DNA of 48,615 nt from an uncultured Candidatus Peribacteria bacterium. GTDB taxonomy: Bacteria > Patescibacteriota > Gracilibacteria > UBA4473. Positions 13,259 through 21,779 of the stretch are shown one piece after another. Below the pieces are notes generated by a model. The model saw nothing but the letters and a program-made list of their open reading frames with translations, had not been told where the DNA came from and ran no database searches. Where the stretch lies: assembly GCA_964459435.1 (NCBI GenBank), contig CAYWLU010000001.1, positions 11,151 through 59,765 on the forward strand. Reading direction: 5' to 3'. Positions within the stretch are counted from its first letter, which is position 1. Each line of letters starts with the position of its first letter. The translations under genes and the position numbers were made by a program.

Positions 13259-14500
13259 ATGAAATTCAAAACTCTTAAAGATTTCAAAGAAATTCTCCTC
13301 TACGGCTATGGCGTAGAAGGAAAATCTACCAAGAAATTTTTGCAAAAACATTTTCCAAAATTAACAATAACTATTGTTGATGATAAAAAACCAGCAGTGA
13401 ACTTTGAAAATTATGATCTCCTAATTCTTAGTCCTGGCGTACCTAGAAATAAGGTAAAAAATGTTTCTCCAAACAAAATTACCAGCCAAACCGAACTTTT
13501 CTTCTCCAATCTACCAGAAGAAAAAAGAAAAAAAATAATTGGTATTACGGGTACTAAAGGAAAATCCACCACCACTAAATTCTGTGCCGAAGTATTAGAA
13601 AATGCCGGACATACTGCGAAGATTGGCGGTAATTATGGAATTCCCTTGTTAGATCTTTTTGATAATTTTTTGGCTGATAAATTCGAATTTATCGTTGCCG
13701 AACTATCTAGCTATCAACTAGAAAATTTATCCGTTTCCCCAGGAATCGCTATTTTACTAAATTTCTTTCAAGATCATTTAGATCGTCATCACACGATGCA
13801 GAACTATTTCTTGGCTAAAAAAAATCTCTGGTCTCATCAACAATCCGGAGATTCCTTTATTGTTACCGAAATTAGTCGAAATTTAATTGGTCAAACTCCC
13901 CAAAAGCCTATTTTTACCTCTAAAATCCCCGCCGATTCTTTTCCAAAAAACTCTATTTTTAAAGCAGGGTATTGGTTAGAAAACTTTGGAACCATAAAAA
14001 AATTAGCTGAACTTTTAAATATCCCAGAAGAAATTATTTTTGATACCGCTCAAAATTTTAAAGGATTACCACATCGTCTAGAATTCTTTAAAACCAGAAA
14101 AGAAATCAAGTTCTATGATGATGCCATTAGTGTTAATCCAGATGCTACTTTGGCAGGTATCACCTTCTTGGATAAAAACTTAGGATCTATCATCCTCGGA
14201 GGACAAGACCGAAAACAAAATTTTTCTGCTTTAATTAACAAACTTTCGCTCCTAAACACACACATCATTATTTTAAAATCAGAAGTAAGTAATTTACTTC
14301 TAAAAAATTGTCAGAAAAATAAAATTCCTAAAGAAAAAATATCGGTAGCTAAAGACCTAGCAGAAGCGGTTGATATTGCCTTCCAGAAAACTCCTTCAAA
14401 ACATATCTGTCTTCTATCTCCCTCTAGCCCAAGCTATGACCAATTTAAAAATTTTAAAGAGAAAGGAGATTTCTTTCAGAAGTTAGTTAAGAAATATTAA
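13259..14500 (+). CDS. murD: Mur ligase, MurD family (MurD2-like N-terminus)
   Basis: Mur ligase P-loop GITGTKGKSTT. The N-terminal YGYGVEGKS resembles the GWGREG signature I recall for L-Glu-adding MurD2, not the canonical GLGxxG. Adjacent to the MurL-like gene. Confidence 0.8.
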   Translation: MKFKTLKDFKEILLYGYGVEGKSTKKFLQKHFPKLTITIVDDKKPAVNFENYDLLILSPGVPRNKVKNVSPNKITSQTELFFSNLPEEKRKKIIGITGTKGKSTTTKFCAEVLENAGHTAKIGGNYGIPLLDLFDNFLADKFEFIVAELSSYQLENLSVSPGIAILLNFFQDHLDRHHTMQNYFLAKKNLWSHQQSGDSFIVTEISRNLIGQTPQKPIFTSKIPADSFPKNSIFKAGYWLENFGTIKKLAELLNIPEEIIFDTAQNFKGLPHRLEFFKTRKEIKFYDDAISVNPDATLAGITFLDKNLGSIILGGQDRKQNFSALINKLSLLNTHIIILKSEVSNLLLKNCQKNKIPKEKISVAKDLAEAVDIAFQKTPSKHICLLSPSSPSYDQFKNFKEKGDFFQKLVKKY

Positions 14501-14517
14501 ATTAAGCTAAAAAAAAC

Positions 14518-14546
14518 TTGCAATATTATATAAAATTATATATAAT
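14518..14546 (+). promoter_or_regulatory. Promoter of toxin-antitoxin pair 1 (TTGCAA, 17 nt, TATAAT) with flanking 11-bp inverted repeat
   Basis: TTGCAA at 14518-14523 and TATAAT at 14541-14546. AATATTATATA (14522-14532) and TATATAATATT (14551-14561) form an inverted repeat bracketing the -10, so it is operator-like. Confidence 0.55.
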
Positions 14547-14573
14547 TAAATATATAATATTCTATATACAAAA

Positions 14574-14810
14574 ATGATAGCAATAATTACCAAGTCTCAA
14601 CTCCAAAAAAATATTGGGGATATTGGAAAACAAATATGTACTATCGTTAATCATGGAAAGCCAGAAGCCCTTATTCTCCCTTATTTCGAAGGATGTGAAG
14701 AGTTGATGGAAGATTATCTAGAAGATTGCGAAATGGCTATGAACAAAAAAAATCTAAAGAAAAGATATAAAAAATCCCTAGATAGCGGTTTATCTAATTT
14801 TGTTATTTAA
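14574..14810 (+). CDS. Type II antitoxin (Phd/YefM-like)
   Basis: A 78-aa acidic protein lying 8 nt upstream of a RelE/ParE toxin. The N-terminus (ITKSQLQKNIGDI...GKPEALILPY) resembles Phd/YefM. Confidence 0.6.
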   Translation: MIAIITKSQLQKNIGDIGKQICTIVNHGKPEALILPYFEGCEELMEDYLEDCEMAMNKKNLKKRYKKSLDSGLSNFVI

Positions 14811-14818
14811 ACTGGACT

Positions 14819-15076
14819 ATGCATAAATTCCTGTTTACAAAATATTCTCATTCTCTTTTTATAGAATTAGAACCTAGTGTTAAAGAGCGAATAGAACAAA
14901 AACTTAAATGGCTAAAAAACCATCCAAAAATATTATCCATACTTCGTCCCTTGAAAAGTTATGAACCAGCGTCCTATAGACTCCGTGTAGGTAATTATCG
15001 TCTCATAATTCATCAGGAATCAAAAAATAAATTCACGGTAGTAGATATTGGACATCGTAAAAATATCTACAAATAA
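14819..15076 (+). CDS. RelE/ParE-family toxin
   Basis: ..YRLRVGNYRLIIHQESKNKFTVVDIGHRKNIYK is the typical RelE/StbE C-terminus. Confidence 0.8.
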   Translation: MHKFLFTKYSHSLFIELEPSVKERIEQKLKWLKNHPKILSILRPLKSYEPASYRLRVGNYRLIIHQESKNKFTVVDIGHRKNIYK

Positions 15077-15079
15077 ATT

Positions 15080-15244
15080 TTAATCTTCCCTTAGTAGCTG
15101 AATCTTAATTGGACTTTCTTGAACTATTTCAATCTCTGCTCCACAAAGAGGGCATTCCAGAACTTCCCCTTCTATTATATCAGCCAATTCTACCTCGAAT
15201 TTTCCGCGGCAATCTGGGCAAAAAATATAAATTTCTTCGTTCAT
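15080..15244 (-). CDS. LysW-like zinc-ribbon protein
   Basis: ATG at 15244: MNEEIYIFCPDCRGKFEVELADIIEGEVLECPLCGAEIEIV..LLRED. It has two CxxC pairs and an acidic C-terminus arranged as in LysW/ArgW carrier proteins. No LysX/Y/Z partners are in the window. Confidence 0.5.
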   Translation of the reverse strand: MNEEIYIFCPDCRGKFEVELADIIEGEVLECPLCGAEIEIVQESPIKIQLLRED

Positions 15245-15303
15245 GGTGGGGTAAATGGAGGAAGTTTGTTCTGTGTTGATTTGTACCGAATTTTCTAGAA
15301 AAA

Positions 15304-17850
15304 TCAACTTTTCTTTAATTGAAAGATAGTTTCTAAAGCTTCACGAGGTGTAAGTTCTTCTGGATTAATCCTATCTAAAAGCTCATCTGTTTTAGATTTT
15401 TGATGAACAATCTTTTCTTGGTGACGAACGGTAGAAAACAAGTTAGGTTTTCCAGATAATAAATTTTCTGATTCTAGTCTCTTTAATACTTTCCTGGCGT
15501 TTTCAATAACCTTCTGTGGTACACCAGAAGATTCTGCTACATCTATTCCAAAAGAATCTGCTATACCTCCTTTAACTACTCGTCTTAAAAATATAATCCC
15601 CTGTTCACTCTGGGTGGCAGAGACATGGAAGTTTTGGGCCTTAGGTAGACCTTCTATTAACTCCACTAACTCATGGAAATGAGTAGCAAAAAGAGTCTTC
15701 GCTTTAATTTCGTTATGTAGAAATTCAGTAATAGCCCAAGCCAAAGAAATACCATCAAAAGTAGAAGTTCCTCGACCAATCTCATCTAGGATAACAAAAC
15801 TCTTGTCCGTCGCCGCATAAAGAATCCGAGCAGTTTCGGTCATTTCTACAAAAAAAGTAGATTTACCTCCTGCTAAATCATCAGAAGCTCCAACTCTCGT
15901 AAAAATACGATCAAAAACACTGGTCTTCATTTTTTTAGCTGGGACAAAGGATCCTATCTGCGCCAAGAGAATTAAAATCGCATTTTGTCGTAGGAAAGTA
16001 GATTTTCCCGCCATATTTGGCCCCGTAAGCAAATGAAAACGCGAATCCTCTTCCATTATTAAATCATTGGCAATGAAAGTCTCTGTAGATAATTTTTCTA
16101 CTACTGGATGCCATCCTTTTTCTATTTCTAAAGTAGATCCCCCTTCTACTATTTCTGGCTTAGTCCATCTTCCTTTAGAGGCTGTTCTGGTTAGCAGGAA
16201 AAGAGTGTCTAGTTCTGCGATAGCATGAGATGCTTGTTGAATTTTTCCAGAAAACTTGAGAACTTCTTCTCGTAATTCCAAAAACAACCGATGTTCTAAT
16301 TCAAAAGCCCTGCTCTCAGCAGAAAGAACTTTTTCTTCATGGTTAGCAAGTTCTGGCGTAGTAAATCTTTCCGCATTAACTAGCGTCTGACGACGAATCC
16401 AAGAAGTAGGTACAGTTTTAGCTTGAGCCGTAGAAACCTCTAAACAAAAACCAAAATTGCTAGAAAATTTCATCCGTAAATTTTGGATACCTGATTCTTT
16501 TTTTTGTTTATCTAAAAAATCATCCAACCATTTTCTAGAATCTCGAGCCAGTAAACGAAATTCATCTAATTCCACCGAAAAACCCTGTTTAAACATTCCT
16601 CCACCCATTATTTCTAAAGGAGGATTTTCTATTAAAGCCTTTTCTAGTTTCAAAAACAAAGAATTAAGAGAATCTAAATTCTTAACTTTATTTTTCAAAA
16701 AAACCATATTTAAATTTTCACAAGATTTAGATATCTCTGGCAGTACCGCTAAAGAATTACGCAAAAAAGCTAAATCTCGTGCATTACCACGACCAGTAAC
16801 CAAACGAGCTTGAATTCTTTCTAAATCAGCTACTTGCTGAAGATTTTTAGCCAAGATTTTTTGAAAATCTAAGTTATTTAAAATCTCTTCTACTGCTTCC
16901 AATCGCAAATCAATCTTTCTTTTTTCTAACAACGGATTTGCTAGCCAACTTCTAAAAAGTCTCGCCCCCATCGCCGTAAAAGATTTTTCAAAAACACTAT
17001 AAAGAGTGGCACCATCCTGATTCGTCTGAAAAGGATTAAAAATTTCCAAATGCTGAAAAGTTTGTTTATCTAACTGCATAATTTCACTCGTGTCATAACG
17101 AATTAATTTAGCAAGATGAGACAAATCTGTTTTTTGAGTTTCTTTGAGATAATCCAAAATCTGACTAGAGATATGAATTAATAAATAATTATCTTCTAAT
17201 CCCAAAGCCTCTAAATTTTTAAGATTAAAATGATTTTTTAAAACCTCTTCCGCTTTATTTATATCTAATCTCCGCCTAACCGTTATATGCGATCGAGGTA
17301 ATTTCTTACAAAATTCCTTATCTGCAAATAAATCCGTAGAAATTAAAATCTCTCGTGGATCAAGTTTGTAAAGTTCATCAAAAAAAGATAACTCACTGGT
17401 AAACAAACTCGTTTTAAAGCCTCCCGTAGAAAGATCAGCATATGAAAGTGCAAAACATTCTTTATCTAAATCCACAGCCACTAAAAAAGAATTTTCTGCT
17501 GGAATCAAATTACCATTTTCTAACGAAGTCCCAGGAGTGACCACCCGAACTACTTCTCTAGATATTTTTTTAGTAACGGGATCTTCTATTTGTTCGGCAA
17601 TGGCTACTGAATAACCATTTTCTATTAGCTTACTTAAATAATCCGCATGAGCATGATGAGGAAATCCGCACATCGGCATTTCATTCATTGAACCCCGATG
17701 ACGAGCCGTCAATACTATTCCTAAAATCCGAGAAGCAAGCTGAGCATCTTCATAAAACATCTCGTAAAAATCCCCAAGTCGAAAGAACAAAATCGCTTGA
17801 GGATTTTGCGCTTTTAGTTCTGCGTATTGACGTTGAACTGGGGTCGACAT
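15304..17850 (-). CDS. mutS: DNA mismatch repair protein MutS
   Basis: TPVQRQYAELKAQNP..FFRLGDFYEMF N-terminus and Walker A GPNMAGKST. The ATG at 17850 is preferred over the TTG at 17856. Confidence 0.95.
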   Translation of the reverse strand: MSTPVQRQYAELKAQNPQAILFFRLGDFYEMFYEDAQLASRILGIVLTARHRGSMNEMPMCGFPHHAHADYLSKLIENGYSVAIAEQIEDPVTKKISREVVRVVTPGTSLENGNLIPAENSFLVAVDLDKECFALSYADLSTGGFKTSLFTSELSFFDELYKLDPREILISTDLFADKEFCKKLPRSHITVRRRLDINKAEEVLKNHFNLKNLEALGLEDNYLLIHISSQILDYLKETQKTDLSHLAKLIRYDTSEIMQLDKQTFQHLEIFNPFQTNQDGATLYSVFEKSFTAMGARLFRSWLANPLLEKRKIDLRLEAVEEILNNLDFQKILAKNLQQVADLERIQARLVTGRGNARDLAFLRNSLAVLPEISKSCENLNMVFLKNKVKNLDSLNSLFLKLEKALIENPPLEIMGGGMFKQGFSVELDEFRLLARDSRKWLDDFLDKQKKESGIQNLRMKFSSNFGFCLEVSTAQAKTVPTSWIRRQTLVNAERFTTPELANHEEKVLSAESRAFELEHRLFLELREEVLKFSGKIQQASHAIAELDTLFLLTRTASKGRWTKPEIVEGGSTLEIEKGWHPVVEKLSTETFIANDLIMEEDSRFHLLTGPNMAGKSTFLRQNAILILLAQIGSFVPAKKMKTSVFDRIFTRVGASDDLAGGKSTFFVEMTETARILYAATDKSFVILDEIGRGTSTFDGISLAWAITEFLHNEIKAKTLFATHFHELVELIEGLPKAQNFHVSATQSEQGIIFLRRVVKGGIADSFGIDVAESSGVPQKVIENARKVLKRLESENLLSGKPNLFSTVRHQEKIVHQKSKTDELLDRINPEELTPREALETIFQLKKS

Positions 17851-17880
17851 AATCAATTGTCAATTATCAATCTTCAATTA
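17851..17880 (-). repeat. Heptamer tract (TTGAAGA/TTGATAA types) immediately upstream of the mutS ATG
   Basis: Minus strand taattgaagattgataattgacaattgatt, followed by ATG. Confidence 0.7.
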
Positions 17881-17937
17881 TTAGAAAAGAATCAATATCT
17901 TTTTATCGGTTTTGATGAGTTTAGCAAGTGAAAAGCG

Positions 17938-17953
17938 TTATATTATAATATAA
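17938..17953. repeat. All-AT palindrome TTATATTATAATATAA
   Basis: Perfect 16-nt palindrome in the divergent mutS / antitoxin intergenic region. Confidence 0.85.
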
Positions 17954-17979
17954 TGTTTTAATAAATCAGAAAAAATAAC

Positions 17980-18007
17980 TTGATTTTGTTATTAATACAT
18001 ATATAAT
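17980..18007 (+). promoter_or_regulatory. Promoter of toxin-antitoxin pair 2 (TTGATT, 16 nt, TATAAT)
   Basis: TTGATT at 17980-17985 and TATAAT at 18002-18007; start codon at 18038. Confidence 0.5.
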
Positions 18008-18037
18008 ACTTTTGTATTTTATTAGTATTTATTTGTA

Positions 18038-18313
18038 ATGACATCACTTCTCCAGATCCGCATCGATAAACAGAAAAAAGAGCAAGCTCAAGAAATTTTT
18101 AAAAACTTGGGAATGAGCTTAACAACTGGTATTAACATCTTTCTCTCTGCTGTATTAAGAGAAAGAGGGATTCCCTTTCAACTGTATGAAGACGAAAGTA
18201 ATAAAACTTTAAGTAAAGAAACCTTAAAAAAACTAAAACAAGGATATGAGGATATTGAAAAAGGAGATGTATACACTCTAGAAGAAGTTAAATCCCATCT
18301 TGGTCTACAATGA
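18038..18313 (+). CDS. RelB/DinJ-family antitoxin
   Basis: LQIRIDKQKKEQAQEIFKNLGMSLTTGINIFLSAV..GIPF is a ribbon-helix-helix DinJ/RelB-like N-terminus. It overlaps the toxin gene by 4 nt. Confidence 0.8.
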   Translation: MTSLLQIRIDKQKKEQAQEIFKNLGMSLTTGINIFLSAVLRERGIPFQLYEDESNKTLSKETLKKLKQGYEDIEKGDVYTLEEVKSHLGLQ

Positions 18314-18573
18314 TACTTTCTCTTTCTAAAACGGCTCTTTCTTCTTTAGAAAGAATCTCTCCTCCTAATCAAAAACGAATAATTGAAAAGTTAAAATGGT
18401 TTTCTAATTCAGAAAACATTTTTTCCTTTGCTAAACCAATTAAAAATACAAAACCAATTACGCATCGTTTACGTATTGGAGATTACAGAGCTCTTATTCA
18501 TTACTCTACTAAAACTGATACGCTTTATATTGTAAATATCGGACACCGAAAAGACATTTATCAAAAATTGTAA
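18310..18573 (+). CDS. RelE/StbE-family toxin
   Basis: ..HRLRIGDYRALIHYSTKTDTLYIVNIGHRKDIYQ; a paralog of 14819-15076. Confidence 0.8.
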   Translation: MILSLSKTALSSLERISPPNQKRIIEKLKWFSNSENIFSFAKPIKNTKPITHRLRIGDYRALIHYSTKTDTLYIVNIGHRKDIYQKL

Positions 18574-18622
18574 TAGATAATTGATTTTAACCATAAAAAA
18601 TGGCACGATTCCCCCTGACCCC

Positions 18623-19840
18623 ATGAAAATTTTCTTTTGGTGTTGTTTGACCCTTATTATTCCTGGACTTCTCTTCCGAATTCCTGTTGGAGGAGCAGGT
18701 ATTTTAGCTACAGATATTATTCTGCCCGTCTTTGCTTTTATTTGGCTCTTCCAAAAACTCGTTATATCTAGAGAATTTCCTCGCAATTCTTTTATTCGTC
18801 CTGGAATTATTTTCTTGGCTATTGCGTTAATAAGTTTTGTACTAGGAGCAAGCGAACTACTTTTTAAAGAACAAATCTTGTCTTTAGCACATCTTCTTCG
18901 TTTTTCTTCTCTCTTTATTTGGGGCTGGGCTAGTACAGATCTTTTTTATGCAGAACAAAATTCTTTTTGGAAAGGACTATTTTGGATTCTTACTATTGTT
19001 GTTTTGTTAGGTTTAATTCAATTCCGGTTTATTCCTGACATTTCTCGCTGGTCAACGGAAGGTGGTTTAGATCCTCATACTGGAAGATTACTTGGAACTT
19101 GGTTAGATCCGAATTTTATGGCTGGACTCCTAGGATTTAGTCTCCCGCTACTTATTGCCAGATGGTATCAATTCACTTCCAAAAGAATGAAGATTCTTCT
19201 GGGAATCATTATTCTTCTTTTCTTGTGTGCTCTTTTCTTAACCTTTTCTCGAAGTGGATATTTAGCTGGTAGCATAGGACTTTTTATCTTCTTTTTATTT
19301 AAAGATTGGAAAATAATTCTTTTAGGAATTCTTCTTTTGGGAATTGGAATCACAACTAACGAAAGAGCCCAAAAAAGAGTAGGAGAACTAGGTAGTACTG
19401 TTTCTGCTATCGTATTACACGAAACAGATGAAATAGATCCAACAGCTAGTTTGCGTCTCCAAAGCTGGCAAAAAAGTTTTGAACTTTGGCAGAAATATCC
19501 CTTACTTGGTATTGGATATAATACTTATCGTTACAGGGCTGCCGAAGAAGGAATTGTCGATGAAAATTATTTCTCTAGCGGAGGGTCAGATTCTACTCAG
19601 CTAACAATTTTAGTTACTACTGGAATTCTAGGACTTTTGGCTTTCTTATGGTTTATAGGAAAAATAATGTGGATTAATTTTTATAAATTTTTCACTACTA
19701 AAAACGAATTATTTTTGGGACTAGCCTCTGGATTAGTGGCAATCTTTATTCATTCCTTTTTTGTTAATTCCCTACTGTTTCCTCTTATCTTTATGCCGTT
19801 AATTGCCACCGCGGGAATTTTAGAAAACATAAAAAAATGA
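18623..19840 (+). CDS. O-antigen ligase (Wzy_C)-like polytopic membrane protein
   Basis: About 10 TM helices, the motif TFSRSGYLAGSIGL, and a large loop with ..SWQKSFELWQKYPLLGIGYNTY.. ATG at 18623 is preferred over TTG at 18581. Confidence 0.7.
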   Translation: MKIFFWCCLTLIIPGLLFRIPVGGAGILATDIILPVFAFIWLFQKLVISREFPRNSFIRPGIIFLAIALISFVLGASELLFKEQILSLAHLLRFSSLFIWGWASTDLFYAEQNSFWKGLFWILTIVVLLGLIQFRFIPDISRWSTEGGLDPHTGRLLGTWLDPNFMAGLLGFSLPLLIARWYQFTSKRMKILLGIIILLFLCALFLTFSRSGYLAGSIGLFIFFLFKDWKIILLGILLLGIGITTNERAQKRVGELGSTVSAIVLHETDEIDPTASLRLQSWQKSFELWQKYPLLGIGYNTYRYRAAEEGIVDENYFSSGGSDSTQLTILVTTGILGLLAFLWFIGKIMWINFYKFFTTKNELFLGLASGLVAIFIHSFFVNSLLFPLIFMPLIATAGILENIKK

Positions 19841-21618
19841 AAAAAATAGGAATTTCTTTATTTAGCTTTGGAATTATTGGAATACTGGTTTTTGTGTCGG
19901 TTGGAGAAAAAAAAATACCAGAATTAAGCGCCAATATTTTTACTTTAGCAAACCAAGCCAAAGAAGCTGGTCTAGATAAAGAAGCTTGGCAAGAAATATC
20001 AATAGAAGCTAAGAAAATTCCTCGTATTTTCCCCTTATCTCTAATCCGAAAATCATTCTTAGAAACAGAAGAAATTGTTTTAGAAATACACCAATTAAAA
20101 GAAAGTTTCCCCCTTCTCTTCGCTCCACCACTCTCTACCGAGAAAATCTTAGACGAATTCAAATCCCTAGAACGAGTAGATAATCACCTCAAAAAAATCT
20201 CTAAAAATTTAAATAAAATTCCAGATTTTTTACTTACAGAACAACAAAATAAAGAACTAACTCTCGTTCAAGCAAAAATCCGAGTTACTCGTCGCCACTT
20301 AAACGATATCCAAAAATTTAAAAATATCTTTAAACAATTAAGTAAAAAAGAAGAACGAATTCTCGTTCTGCTTCAAAACCAAAATGAACCAAGATCTACA
20401 GGAGGATTTACTGGTAGCGTCCTAAATATTAATTTAGGTAAAGAAACAATCTCGTGGAAATTCTCAGACATCTATAGTTTAGACCGTCTAATTCCCAATG
20501 ATGCGCAACTTCCCGCCCCAGATTTTTTCCATAATTTAAGTCAAACAATATCTCTCAGAGACGCAAACTTTTGGCCAGACTTCCCTACCTCTAGTAATAA
20601 ATATAGAGATTTTTTCGAGAGTATTAATGAACCAGTACCTAATGTGGTTTTAGCTATTAACTTAAATGTTATCGAAGAACTCTTGCTTCTTACTGGACCA
20701 ATTACAATTCCTAAATGGGGTGTAACCGCCAATCATCATAATGTAGATTTAGTCTTACAATTTCTCGTAGAAGCAAAAGTTGCTGGAAGATTTGGTGCTA
20801 AAGAACCTTTACTTTCTTTTGCTGAAGAACTTTTTAAATCTGAAACTATTTCTGAGATTACCACTGACCAATTATTGAATTTTGATTTCTCTAATTTCAT
20901 TGCTCAGAAAAACATCCTCGCTAATTCCCAAAACTCAGAATTACAAAAACTCTTCAATACTTGGCAAATCGACGGACGAGTTCAACAAAAGAAAGATGCT
21001 GACAATTTTCTCTATTTTGATTTCATTTCTGTCGGAGCGAATAAATCAGAAAAATTTGTTTGGACTAAACTCTGGCATGACAGTGAAATAAGTCCTAATG
21101 GAAAAGTAAAAAATTTCGTAGAGATTATTAGAAATCATGCCCTAAAAAACGGAGAAATTTCCGCTCTCTTACAAAACTCTTCTTGGCCAGAAAATGTCGG
21201 GGAACTTTTAAACGACGAAGATTTGCTATGGAAATTAGGAGAAGGACAAAATAGAACCGTTCTTCGTTTATTTGTCCCAAAAAACGCTAAACTTCTTTCA
21301 CAAAAAAGTCCTTCTGGACTTATTACGGAGAATTTCTCGGACGATAAGAAATTTAAGATTTTTGAGATTCCAATGTTTGTCGTTCCCACCGAAAAAATAA
21401 AAATACAGTTAGAATACGAAACTAAACTAGAACGAGGAAGTAATAATTGGCGTCCATACTTCTTGCAACTTGTAGGAACCCCAGGACGAGATAAAACCTC
21501 CTTTCTATCTACTATTTCTACCGCTAAAAACGGAAAATTCACCGCGGAAACTAAAAATATTGGAAAACCTCAAAACCTAATAAATGATGATTTTAGGGCG
21601 CTAATTGAGTTTGAATAA
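19837..21618 (+). CDS. DUF4012-like membrane-anchored protein
   Basis: N-terminal TM helix and a QNQNEPRSTGGFTGS motif, as recalled for DUF4012. It overlaps the upstream stop by 4 nt. Confidence 0.6.
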   Translation: MKKIGISLFSFGIIGILVFVSVGEKKIPELSANIFTLANQAKEAGLDKEAWQEISIEAKKIPRIFPLSLIRKSFLETEEIVLEIHQLKESFPLLFAPPLSTEKILDEFKSLERVDNHLKKISKNLNKIPDFLLTEQQNKELTLVQAKIRVTRRHLNDIQKFKNIFKQLSKKEERILVLLQNQNEPRSTGGFTGSVLNINLGKETISWKFSDIYSLDRLIPNDAQLPAPDFFHNLSQTISLRDANFWPDFPTSSNKYRDFFESINEPVPNVVLAINLNVIEELLLLTGPITIPKWGVTANHHNVDLVLQFLVEAKVAGRFGAKEPLLSFAEELFKSETISEITTDQLLNFDFSNFIAQKNILANSQNSELQKLFNTWQIDGRVQQKKDADNFLYFDFISVGANKSEKFVWTKLWHDSEISPNGKVKNFVEIIRNHALKNGEISALLQNSSWPENVGELLNDEDLLWKLGEGQNRTVLRLFVPKNAKLLSQKSPSGLITENFSDDKKFKIFEIPMFVVPTEKIKIQLEYETKLERGSNNWRPYFLQLVGTPGRDKTSFLSTISTAKNGKFTAETKNIGKPQNLINDDFRALIEFE

Positions 21619-21655
21619 TGTATAAAGTATTATGTATTGTGTATCATGTATAAAA
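21619..21655. repeat. Heptamer array (TGTATNN) directly after the stop of ORF 19837-21618
   Basis: tgtataa agtatta tgtattg tgtatca tgtataa. Confidence 0.75.
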
Positions 21656-21740
21656 AATATCTCATCAATCAATAACTTACCCCTTACAATCTTTTTATCC
21701 TTTTCTTCTGTAAAATAATTCTCTGTATCAAATTCTTATG

Positions 21741-21779
21741 TATTTAATACTTAATACATTATACTTAATACATCATACT
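21741..21779. repeat. Heptamer array (TAC(T/A)TAA type) reaching the miaB stop
   Basis: tatttaa tacttaa tacatta tacttaa tacatca tac. Confidence 0.75.

Noticed and set aside
16457-16813. Antisense ORFs inside well-supported genes (for example 1172-1369, 1849-2046, 2095-2283, 2486-2677, 3877-4062, 7989-8315, 9664-9858, 11013-11216, 16457-16813, 19168-19353, 19791-20162, 20541-20732, 20882-21091, 21135-21542, 22013-22285, 23958-24146, 24373-24801, 25489-25725, 26350-26651, 29300-29822, 32630-32986, 34184-34447, 34721-34978, 39101-39346, 42518-42880, 43217-43884, 45804-46661, 47950-48165)
   Set aside because: Each lies opposite, or out of frame within, a gene with clear family motifs. Their compositions are low-complexity mirror images, and none shows a recognisable domain.
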